Source of the DNA: an archaeon
GTDB lineage: Archaea; Asgardarchaeota; Thorarchaeia; Thorarchaeales; Thorarchaeaceae
Direction of reading: 5' to 3'
NCBI GenBank assembly: GCA_024275415.1
Contig: JAJRZD010000016.1
Coordinates: forward strand, 15,067-47,066
DNA length: 32,000 nt
Of the stretch, positions 8,049 through 16,404 are shown piece after piece (the stretch's first letter is position 1; each line of letters begins with the position of its first letter). Both the position numbers and the translations under genes were made by a program. Below the pieces are notes generated by a model. The model was given only the letters and a program-made list of their open reading frames with translations, was not told the origin of the DNA and did no database searches.

Positions 8049-9974
8049 TCAATTCTTGGCAACTCGAAGACCATTAGCAACAGCCATCAGCTCTGAAGTT
8101 TCATGAAATGTTATTGCTACAGCCGGGGTCAAAATTCCAATGAGAGCAGCTGGGATCAAAAGAGCGAGCACCATCAGTGAGAACGCGATGTTCTGACGGC
8201 TGATTCGTCGGGCTTTCTTGCCCAAGTTTATCGAATAGCATACAGACCTGAGATCATCCCCTACGAGGGCGACGTCAGCAGCTTCAATGGCGGCATCAGT
8301 CCCTCCCGTTCCCATTGCTATCCCCAACGTAGCATGAGCTAATGCAGGAGCGTCATTTATCCCATCACCCACCATTGCAACAGCCCCATATTCACTCTTG
8401 AGTTGGGCTATAGCCTCAACTTTGTCGTCTGGCTTGAGCTTTGCCTTCACATCATTGATGCCCAGTTCCGCTGCAATTGCACTTGCGGTTCTCTCGTTAT
8501 CTCCGGTAAGCATGTATGTCTTCACTCCCATCCTCCGTAGTTCGTCAAGAATCTCTCGCGATTCTGGCCTTATCTCATCGCGAATTGCAATGACCCCCGA
8601 AATGCTGCTCGCATCGCCCACAAAGACAACAGTCTTGCCTTCATTTCTCAGCCGTTCGATATCAGGAATGTCCGGGTTTGCTATTCCCATGCTGTCGAAC
8701 ATATCCGAGGTTCCTACGTACACATCCCTGTCCGAGATAGTTGCTCTTACTCCAGCTCCAATCAGAGATTTGAAGTCTGTGGCATCCATCGGCTCTAGCC
8801 CACTCTCTACAGCCTTGTCTACAATTGCCTTAGCTAAGGGATGCTCTGAGAACCTCTCCACACTATATGCCATACGCAGGATTTCAGACTCACTGCCGTT
8901 GACTGGTACGATGTCTGTCACCGCGGGCTTTCCGCGAGTCAATGTCCCTGTCTTATCAAATGCTACCATCCTTATCTTTCCTAAATTCTCAAGATGGATT
9001 CCACCTTTGATGAGCACTCCCCTCTGACCCGCCGATCCAATACCTGCTGCAATTGCGATTGGTGTGGACATGATTAGCGCACATGGTGCAGATGCAATCA
9101 ATAGCACCACCGCTCTCAGACCCCAGTATGTAGGCTCCGCCCCTAGGGAAACTGGGATCATGAACAAGAGAACTGCGCTTATCAAGACGACTGGAGTATA
9201 TTTGTTACCAAATCTCTCGATGAAAAGCTGAGCTTCCCCTTTTTGTCCCTGAGCTCTCTCGACAAGATGGATTATCCTTGAGAGCGTGTTATCTGCAAAG
9301 GCTGTTGTGACCTCAATCTCAAGTGCACCCTCTTGGTTAATCGTTCCTGCAAAGACTGACTCTCCGACTCCCTTTTCAACGGGGATAGATTCGCCTGTCA
9401 CAGCAGCCTCATCAATACTCGATTCTCCTTTTCGAATCACGCCGTCGGTTGGAATGGACTCGCCAGGTCTCACGAGAAATATATCCCCGATGGACAATTC
9501 TTCTGCAGGAATCAAAACCTCGGTTCCGTTTCGAAGAACTCTGGCTGTTTCAGGTACAAGGTCGAGGAGCTTTCTTATCGACGTTCTGGTTTTCTCATAG
9601 GCATATTCTTCCACGCCCTCTGCAGCACCATATAGGACCACCAGAAATGCCGCCTCATCCCATAGCCACAAGATGGCAGAGCCAATAGTGGCTGTCATCA
9701 TCAGGATTTCGATCCCCACCTTTTTCTCTTTGTAGAGTTCCTCCGTCCCTTCGCGAATCCAGTGGTATCCTCCCAAAATAATGGCAACGAGGAATAGCCC
9801 AATCTCTATCCCCTCAGATAGGAGTCCCACATGGAATGAAATGAACCCTATCCCTGTAATTAAGGCTGCAAGCGATGCATTGCGTAATGGTGGATACGCA
9901 TCCCACCACTTTTTCATTTTCCCTTTCGACCCATTCACATCGGTGATATCTGATATCGGTTCGGTTTCTTTCAA
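8049..9974 (-). CDS. P1B-type ATPase, Zn/Cd/Co-type (P1B-2/P1B-4-like), no N-terminal metal-binding domain
   Basis: TGES, APC, DKTGTLT, SEHPL, GDGINDAP, C-terminal HETSE; TTG start after AAGGAG. Confidence 0.9.
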   Translation of the reverse strand: MKETEPISDITDVNGSKGKMKKWWDAYPPLRNASLAALITGIGFISFHVGLLSEGIEIGLFLVAIILGGYHWIREGTEELYKEKKVGIEILMMTATIGSAILWLWDEAAFLVVLYGAAEGVEEYAYEKTRTSIRKLLDLVPETARVLRNGTEVLIPAEELSIGDIFLVRPGESIPTDGVIRKGESSIDEAAVTGESIPVEKGVGESVFAGTINQEGALEIEVTTAFADNTLSRIIHLVERAQGQKGEAQLFIERFGNKYTPVVLISAVLLFMIPVSLGAEPTYWGLRAVVLLIASAPCALIMSTPIAIAAGIGSAGQRGVLIKGGIHLENLGKIRMVAFDKTGTLTRGKPAVTDIVPVNGSESEILRMAYSVERFSEHPLAKAIVDKAVESGLEPMDATDFKSLIGAGVRATISDRDVYVGTSDMFDSMGIANPDIPDIERLRNEGKTVVFVGDASSISGVIAIRDEIRPESREILDELRRMGVKTYMLTGDNERTASAIAAELGINDVKAKLKPDDKVEAIAQLKSEYGAVAMVGDGINDAPALAHATLGIAMGTGGTDAAIEAADVALVGDDLRSVCYSINLGKKARRISRQNIAFSLMVLALLIPAALIGILTPAVAITFHETSELMAVANGLRVAKN

Positions 9975-10175
9975 CTGGAATCACACTCCTTTGTAACACT
10001 GTCCTCGCATCTGCTTCCCGTTTAGGATCGAGGTTGATTCCCGAAGGTTGTTCTGATAGTGATGTAGAGATTTCATTTGTTACATCGCTACGTGTTGCAC
10101 CCTCGACTGTAAAGTCCTAGGCTGACTCGGGCTTGGATTAAAGGCTGGCATTGTGACGACTTGCTCCTCAAATCC

Positions 10176-10586
10176 CTATTGTGCTGAACCAATGAATGAC
10201 TCTGGTTTTTCATCAAAGGCGTCTTTACAGGACTTGGAGCAGAAATAGTAGCGCGTACCATCAAAATCGCTATGTGGCTGTTTATCATCGATATGAACAG
10301 GCATTTGGCAAACAGGATCCATAGATGACAGTTCTGTGTCTGTCGTATGTGGCATCAAACTGTCCGCAATTGCAGACTTTACAATCTTCTCAATTTCGTT
10401 TGAGCCAAATGCATCCGTGGCATACTCTACCTGAACCTCGTCAAACTGTGGACTGACCTTCACGCTATGGATTCCCTTACGTGAAAGCAAAGTCTTTGTT
10501 AGCACAGCCACGCAGGCTGTGCAATAGACACCATGCATTTTCATTGAAAAAGACATGTGACTACCATCCGACTTTTCACTATCCAT
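10176..10586 (-). CDS. HMA + YHS/TRASH two-domain metal chaperone
   Basis: GVYCTAC HMA motif; DPVCQMPV...YYFCSKSCKDAFDEKPE; starts 2 nt after the copB stop. Confidence 0.85.
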   Translation of the reverse strand: MDSEKSDGSHMSFSMKMHGVYCTACVAVLTKTLLSRKGIHSVKVSPQFDEVQVEYATDAFGSNEIEKIVKSAIADSLMPHTTDTELSSMDPVCQMPVHIDDKQPHSDFDGTRYYFCSKSCKDAFDEKPESFIGSAQ

Positions 10587-10588
10587 TC

Positions 10589-12616
10589 TTAGATACCTCC
10601 ACCCTCTCTTTTCTTGACTTTGAGCATTCTAGCGTTGATAGCAACTATTACTGTGCTCACAGACATCAAAACTGCTCCCATCGCAGGACTGAGGAGGATT
10701 CCCGCAGAATACAGGACTCCTGCTGCAAGCGGGATGGCTGCCGCATTATAGCCAGTTGCCCAAATAAGGTTCTGAACCATCTTACTGTAGGTCGCGCGTG
10801 ACAACCCTAGAATAGAAACAGCATCCAAAGGATCATTGCGTACTAGTATTATGTCCGCTGTTTCGATAGCGACATCTGTGCCTGCACCAATTGCAATCCC
10901 AATATCTGCTTGTGCCAGAGCTGGTGCATCATTGATGCCATCACCCACCATTGCAACAGTCAATCCTCGACTCTGTATCTCCCTTATCTTCTCTGATTTC
11001 TCATGTGGCAATACTTCTGCAAAGTAGTCATCTAACTCTAATTCTTCTGCCACCCATTTTGCCACGTATCGATTGTCACCTGTGAGCATCATACTTTTGA
11101 TTCCCATCTTCCTTAGCTGTGCAATTGCTTCCTTGGATTCCTGACGAATGACATCTGCTAATGCTAAAGCCCCAACAAGATTGTCATCAACAATAACATA
11201 AACAACTGTATGTCCTTTTTCGGCAAGGTCGGTCAGATGTGCTAGGTCTGGAAGGATACCCTTTTCCTCCAAGTATCCCGGACTGACAACGAACACACTA
11301 TGAGATCCAACTTTGCCTGTGGCACCTTTTCCTGGGATTGCCTGAAACTCATCAGCTGACTGGAATGTGACTCCTCTTTCTTGGGCTCCCCTGACAACCC
11401 CGCGAGCAATCGGATGCTCTGACTGGGTTTCCAATGATGCCGCAAGCTCCAACACCTTTTCAGATGACATCTCTCCTAATGTGACGACTTCCGTGACTGA
11501 GAATTGTCCTTCTGTCAGTGTGCCTGTCTTGTCAAATACAATTGCTTGCAACCCCCTTGCCCTCTCGAAAGCGGCTCTATCCCTTATCAACAGTCCATTT
11601 GTGGCAGAAATCGAAGTTGATACAGAAACGACAAGTGGCACAGCCAGACCTAATGCGTGTGGACATGCGATGACCATAACAGTTACAGCGCGTTCCATTC
11701 CGAACTGCAACCCTTGTCCAACGGCAAGCCACGTTGTCAGGGTGATCGACCCCGCAAGAAGAGCTATGATTGTTAAGAGGAATGCTGCTCGATTAGCCAA
11801 GTCCTGCGTTCTTGATCGACTCTCCTGAGCCTCACGCACAAGATTGATCACTTGTGCTAGGAACGTTTCCTCTCCTGTCTTCTTGATCTCAGTGACAACG
11901 CTCCCATCCCCGTTAATCGCACCTCCAATAACAGGATCACCTACTTTTCTGTTTACAGGCTGTGACTCCCCTGTTATCATTGACTCGTCCATACTTGTAA
12001 TACCTTTTACAATCTCTCCGTCAGACGGTACCCTCTCTCCTGGTTTGATTAGCACCTTATCCCCAACTTTCAACTCAGAAGTATCAACATCGATGGTTGT
12101 CCCATCCTCTTGGACAAGATGAGCTACTGTTGGCAACAGTTTCACAAGTTCTTCTAATGCACGTGATGCACCCATCACCGAACGCATTTCGACCCAGTGT
12201 CCCAACAGCATGATGTCAATCAATGTCACCAGTTCCCAAAAGAACATAGAGCCCTCAAGACCAAATGCTACAGCGCTACTATAGAAATATGCCACTGAGA
12301 TTGCTATCGCTATGAGTGTCATCATTCCAAGTAGGCGTTTTCGAAATTCCTCGACCATCCCCTTTAGGAATGGATATCCGCCGTACAGATATACGCTGGT
12401 CGAAAAGGCAAAGAGCACAAATATATCACCTTCAAAGGCCAGAAAGTCCAATCCAAGAAGTGTTCGAACGAGTGGAGAAAGAACAATTACAGGTGGCGTA
12501 AGGATCATTGATACGATAAATCGCTTCCGAAAGTCCTGTGCCATCATCTCATGGTGACTGCTCTTTTTTCCGTGATGTCCGTGTTTCATGGACATTTTAT
12601 GTTCACTATGTTCCAA
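10589..12616 (-). CDS. copB: P1B-3 copper ATPase CopB
   Basis: His/Met-rich N-terminus, CPH, DKTGT, SEHP, YN and MSVST motifs; TTG after GGAGG. Confidence 0.93.
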   Translation of the reverse strand: MEHSEHKMSMKHGHHGKKSSHHEMMAQDFRKRFIVSMILTPPVIVLSPLVRTLLGLDFLAFEGDIFVLFAFSTSVYLYGGYPFLKGMVEEFRKRLLGMMTLIAIAISVAYFYSSAVAFGLEGSMFFWELVTLIDIMLLGHWVEMRSVMGASRALEELVKLLPTVAHLVQEDGTTIDVDTSELKVGDKVLIKPGERVPSDGEIVKGITSMDESMITGESQPVNRKVGDPVIGGAINGDGSVVTEIKKTGEETFLAQVINLVREAQESRSRTQDLANRAAFLLTIIALLAGSITLTTWLAVGQGLQFGMERAVTVMVIACPHALGLAVPLVVSVSTSISATNGLLIRDRAAFERARGLQAIVFDKTGTLTEGQFSVTEVVTLGEMSSEKVLELAASLETQSEHPIARGVVRGAQERGVTFQSADEFQAIPGKGATGKVGSHSVFVVSPGYLEEKGILPDLAHLTDLAEKGHTVVYVIVDDNLVGALALADVIRQESKEAIAQLRKMGIKSMMLTGDNRYVAKWVAEELELDDYFAEVLPHEKSEKIREIQSRGLTVAMVGDGINDAPALAQADIGIAIGAGTDVAIETADIILVRNDPLDAVSILGLSRATYSKMVQNLIWATGYNAAAIPLAAGVLYSAGILLSPAMGAVLMSVSTVIVAINARMLKVKKREGGGI

Positions 12617-12620
12617 ACTC

Positions 12621-12803
12621 TCATCCTCCCAACAATCTGTGAATCATATATCCTCTGGAATCGTTCTCCTCAATGTGAACGGGGATCTTGTGGATATCCC
12701 TGCTCATACGATAGAATCTCACGGGAGTCTTTTCACTGGATATCATCTCAGAACACGCTCGAATCCGTGCATTCAATTCTAACCACTGGAATAGACCAAC
12801 CAT
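12621..12803 (-). CDS. Small hypothetical protein, possibly the first gene of the copB operon
   Basis: ATG about 33 nt downstream of a TATAAATA box; last codons contain the copB RBS; no recognisable domain. Confidence 0.35.
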   Translation of the reverse strand: MVGLFQWLELNARIRACSEMISSEKTPVRFYRMSRDIHKIPVHIEENDSRGYMIHRLLGG

Positions 12804-12819
12804 CTTCTATCAGAATCGA

Positions 12820-12843
12820 TATATCCGTATGGATGTATTTATA
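12820..12843 (-). promoter_or_regulatory. TATA box (TATAAATA, 12843-12836) with abutting operator candidate TATATC-N6-GATGTA (12820-12837)
   Basis: Consensus TATA on the minus strand; palindrome has the same half-sites (one mismatch) and spacing as 3209-3226. Confidence 0.6.
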
Positions 12844-12935
12844 GGTATTGGTTTACCTTGTATTCCATAGTCATCATATGTTATAAATGGTGATTATAGG
12901 CTGTCAAGATTCAAAGAACGATTGTTAGACTCAAG

Positions 12936-13184
12936 GTGATGGTTATGACTAAGACAAGAAATGCACTGCTCAATATCTTATGGGGTGCCGGTTATGTTGC
13001 ACGGGGTGAGAAACGACTGGGTTACGGACTTCTCGCTTCCTTACCTTTTCTCCATTGGCCCATACTAAGTGGTAATTGGTTATTGTATCTTACTTATCCA
13101 TTCAACATTGCATTCATAGGGCATCTGATTATTACAGCTGCTTTCGTGATCGATGCTTATTACAGACCAATTTCAAGTGAGTAG
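12936..13184 (+). CDS. Small membrane protein, hypothetical
   Basis: 82 aa with 2-3 hydrophobic segments; TTATAAAT at 12881-12888 upstream. Confidence 0.65.
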   Translation: MMVMTKTRNALLNILWGAGYVARGEKRLGYGLLASLPFLHWPILSGNWLLYLTYPFNIAFIGHLIITAAFVIDAYYRPISSE

Positions 13185-13207
13185 CAGAAAGGAGGCCGGA
13201 TACAAAA

Positions 13208-13441
13208 ATGGGATGCGGACCAAAAATAGGCAGACGACGTATCAAGAAATCCAAGAGGAAAAGCAAAGTTTCAGGAAGTAGCACTCAAGAAACAACTCTT
13301 ATTATTCCACGAATCCCTCAAATTTGTTCTAATTGCAAAGCTAAGATACAAGCTGACTCTGTAAAGTGGACGGGACCTGACAGCTTCGAATGTCCCTATT
13401 GTGGTTTCACACTACTAGTAGATTTTGAGAAAATCGCATAG
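13208..13441 (+). CDS. Small Zn-ribbon protein with basic N-terminus
   Basis: CSNC...CPYC; AGGAGG RBS. Confidence 0.75.
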   Translation: MGCGPKIGRRRIKKSKRKSKVSGSSTQETTLIIPRIPQICSNCKAKIQADSVKWTGPDSFECPYCGFTLLVDFEKIA

Positions 13442-13557
13442 ATTGCCACGACACTCTATGGGATATTCTCTCTCGGTGATTGGCTCCATTTGTGCTAACT
13501 CTTTTGGAAATCATGCCATTCAGGTGGACTAACAATGAAACATGACCGATTCGTCAT

Positions 13558-13884
13558 ATGATGATTTCGGCATATAAAACAAATCCTCCTCTGTTATTCT
13601 TCAAAGGACTTGCGAACGATACACGCCTTGCCATCATTCAGGTTCTGAAAAACGGGCCTAAACCCGTCGGTGAGATATGCGAAACGCTTGGTTTTGAGCA
13701 GAACCGTGTTTCTCATAACCTGAGATGTCTTGAATTTTGCGGGTTCGTTTCAAGTGAGAGGACTGGAAAGAAGAGGATTTACTCCCTTAACGATGAAACA
13801 ATCGCGCCATTGATGCAGATTGTTGACAATCACATCAAAACATACGGACAAAACCTGATGCAATGCAAAGTCCTCAGGAGATAA
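13558..13884 (+). CDS. ArsR/SmtB-family metalloregulator, CmtR-like Cys arrangement
   Basis: LANDTRLAII, VGEICETLG, VSHNLRCLEFCGFV, C-terminal Cys; directly upstream of merA. Confidence 0.9.
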   Translation: MMISAYKTNPPLLFFKGLANDTRLAIIQVLKNGPKPVGEICETLGFEQNRVSHNLRCLEFCGFVSSERTGKKRIYSLNDETIAPLMQIVDNHIKTYGQNLMQCKVLRR

Positions 13885-13912
13885 AAATCGAACACGATTG
13901 GGTGATAATAAG

Positions 13913-15604
13913 ATGAATGAGCAAAAAAAGAGAACCGAAGTCCGTCTTTCTGTAGAAGGAATGACCTGTGACAGCTGTGCAACTCATGTTAAAAGTGCAC
14001 TGGAGAGCATTGATGAAGTCAAGATGGTCGAGATTCCAAGTTGGAAGGACGGCTATGCCAAAGTGCTTGTCGAGGGCGATATTGACGAAAAAGAGCTTGA
14101 GGGTGTTGTGGATAAGACAGGCTACAAAGCTAAGGTCGAAGTCAAGCACGAATTCCTGTCCAGCCTGATTCTGCCTGTCGAACCAAAAGCAACAGGATTT
14201 GACGTCGTCGTAATCGGAACCGGCGGTGCAGGAGTCGCATCCGCCATCAAAGCGGCTGAGTTGGGTTACACAGTAGCGCTTGTTGAAAGGGGTGAGATTG
14301 GAGGGACATGCGTGAACATAGGATGCGTTCCATCAAAGACCCTGATTAGAGCGGCAGGGATTCACCACTCAGCGAAGGATAACCCTTTCAAGGGAACCAA
14401 TACCAGTGCAGGACAGATCCAATGGAAACAGCTCGTCCAACAGAAAAACGAATTAGTTTCTCAACTTCGCAAAGAGAAGTATATCGATATCATTGCCCAG
14501 TATCCTGATAATATCACACTGTTAAGGGGTCATGCTCGGTTAACTAAGGATAATCATGTCATACTGGATGATGGCACGAAGATAGAACCATCTAGAATCA
14601 TCATAGCTACCGGTGCAAGACCGAGAATACTACAGATTGACGGCGCATCTAGCGAAACCGTCCTAACAAGTACAACCCTTATGGATCTTGAAGAGCTCCC
14701 TAAGTCATTGATAATTATCGGTGGTAGATCTATCGCCCTTGAGTTGGGCCAGACGCTATCACGTTTCGGTACTAAGGTCACAATCCTTCAGCGTAGTGAC
14801 AGCATCATTCCGGACAAGGAGCCAGAGATCATAGACGCACTAACAGCCTATCTGAAAGATGAGGGAATTGATATAGTGACTGGTGTTAAGATAGTGTCAA
14901 TATCCGATGGTGCTCAGAAGACCGTAGAAGTACAGATTGGTGGTGCCACTAAAGAATATCAATCTGAGCACATCCTAATGGCTGTAGGGCGTGTCCCGAA
15001 TACCGACAACATGGGTCTCTCCGAAGTAGGAGTGGAGTTGGATACACACGGATTCATCATTGTTAACTCTCAGATGGGAACAACCAACCCCTCTATCTTC
15101 GCCGCAGGCGATGTCACAACTCTCCCCAAGTTCGTTTATGTCGCAGCTGCATCAGGTGGCATTGCTACTGAGAATGCCTTGAAAGGAACAAAGAACGAAA
15201 TGGATTTGACCACAATGCCTGCAATAATCTTCACTTCTCCTCAGGTGGCCACGGTGGGGATGACCGAATCGATGGCAAAGGAGGCAGGGTACGATGTGTC
15301 AACAAGCGTCCTCCCATTGAAATATGTCCCTCGAGCATTGGCTGCCCACGATGTACGGGGACTCATCAAACTTGTAGCTGATAGTAGATCTAACCGCCTG
15401 CTTGGTGCACATGTGCTGGCTGAAGAAGCAGGAGAGATAATACCGATCGCAGCAATGGCAATCCTTATGGGACGCAAGTTTAACTTCACGGTTTCAGATC
15501 TCCAGCAGATGCTCTTCCCCTACCTTGTCCAGGCCGAGGGAATCAAGCTTGCAGCACTAGCATTTGATAAGGATATATCCAAACTATCTTGTTGTGCTGG
15601 ATAA
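13913..15604 (+). CDS. merA: Mercuric reductase with N-terminal NmerA (HMA) domain
   Basis: GMTCDSC, GTGGAG FAD site, GGTCVNIGCVPSK, RKEKY, FPYL, C-terminal LSCCAG; ATG 13913 after GGGTGA. Confidence 0.95.
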   Translation: MNEQKKRTEVRLSVEGMTCDSCATHVKSALESIDEVKMVEIPSWKDGYAKVLVEGDIDEKELEGVVDKTGYKAKVEVKHEFLSSLILPVEPKATGFDVVVIGTGGAGVASAIKAAELGYTVALVERGEIGGTCVNIGCVPSKTLIRAAGIHHSAKDNPFKGTNTSAGQIQWKQLVQQKNELVSQLRKEKYIDIIAQYPDNITLLRGHARLTKDNHVILDDGTKIEPSRIIIATGARPRILQIDGASSETVLTSTTLMDLEELPKSLIIIGGRSIALELGQTLSRFGTKVTILQRSDSIIPDKEPEIIDALTAYLKDEGIDIVTGVKIVSISDGAQKTVEVQIGGATKEYQSEHILMAVGRVPNTDNMGLSEVGVELDTHGFIIVNSQMGTTNPSIFAAGDVTTLPKFVYVAAASGGIATENALKGTKNEMDLTTMPAIIFTSPQVATVGMTESMAKEAGYDVSTSVLPLKYVPRALAAHDVRGLIKLVADSRSNRLLGAHVLAEEAGEIIPIAAMAILMGRKFNFTVSDLQQMLFPYLVQAEGIKLAALAFDKDISKLSCCAG

Positions 15605-15678
15605 TAACTGCGTCCCAGCATTTGACATTCGGCAAAAGTCGTAATACTTATCATAGCCCCTTCGACTAATGCCGTATC

Positions 15679-16404
15679 ATGTCAGCACAATCTTCTGTAA
15701 GAGAGCGGCTTGCCAGAAGGATCGCAGGTGAGATTGCATTATCTGACAACCCCGGACAGATAATGAGGGTGTGGCGCGAGCGGTTTCGGCTCCCACAGAT
15801 TGTATTGGCTGATTATCTCGGCATCAGTCCCAGTGTGATAAGTGACTATGAATCAGGCAGACGGAAATCGCCAGGCACCTCGACAATCCGTCGGTTTGTC
15901 ATGGCCCTTTTAACACTGGACGAACGAAATGGAGGACAAGTCGTATCTGCATTCATCCGGCTGATGGATGTCAGTTTGGTCGACCTGAACATTGTGCTTG
16001 CAATGAGCGACTTCACCACTAGCATGTCCAGCAGAGAGTTCTGTAAGATTCTCAAATGCACCGTGAAGAGTGGGGACGAGTATCTGGCCAAGGAGATTTA
16101 CGGATATACCTTGGTTGATGTGGAACGTGCTGTCAGGGAACTCGATAGCGAAGCGTTCATGAAACTATTCGGAGCTACCACCGAACGTTGTTTGATATTC
16201 ACCAATGTCAATACAGGCCGGGCTCCGATGATTGCTATCAAATCACAAGAATTCAAACCCACGCTTGTTATTCTGCACGGTGTAGGAAAGATAGATCGAC
16301 TTGCACTTGACCTTTCTGAACAGATGCGGATTCCCTTGGCAGTCAGCAAGATAGGGTCTCTTGATGCCCTCATTCGAGAACTTCGTTCCATCGAGCCAAC
16401 CTAG
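15679..16404 (+). CDS. Conserved archaeal XRE-HTH transcriptional regulator (COG1709-like)
   Basis: RIAGEIALSDNPG, SPSVISDYESGRRKSPG. Confidence 0.88.
   Translation: MSAQSSVRERLARRIAGEIALSDNPGQIMRVWRERFRLPQIVLADYLGISPSVISDYESGRRKSPGTSTIRRFVMALLTLDERNGGQVVSAFIRLMDVSLVDLNIVLAMSDFTTSMSSREFCKILKCTVKSGDEYLAKEIYGYTLVDVERAVRELDSEAFMKLFGATTERCLIFTNVNTGRAPMIAIKSQEFKPTLVILHGVGKIDRLALDLSEQMRIPLAVSKIGSLDALIRELRSIEPT

Noticed and set aside
9975-10175. Two tiny minus-strand ORFs (23 and 31 aa) between HMA-YHS and the APC ATPase
   Set aside because: One has a GAGGAG upstream, but neither has a metal motif or recognisable homology; not called
12936-13184. Small membrane protein as a MerT/MerF/MerE-type Hg transporter
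   Set aside because: It contains no cysteine, whereas Mer transporters need TM Cys pairs
15560-15680. attR direct repeat of the tRNA-Pro 3' end at the right edge of the metal cluster
   Set aside because: No match to GGTTCGAATCCGGGCCGGCCCACCA seen by eye; no integrase in the window
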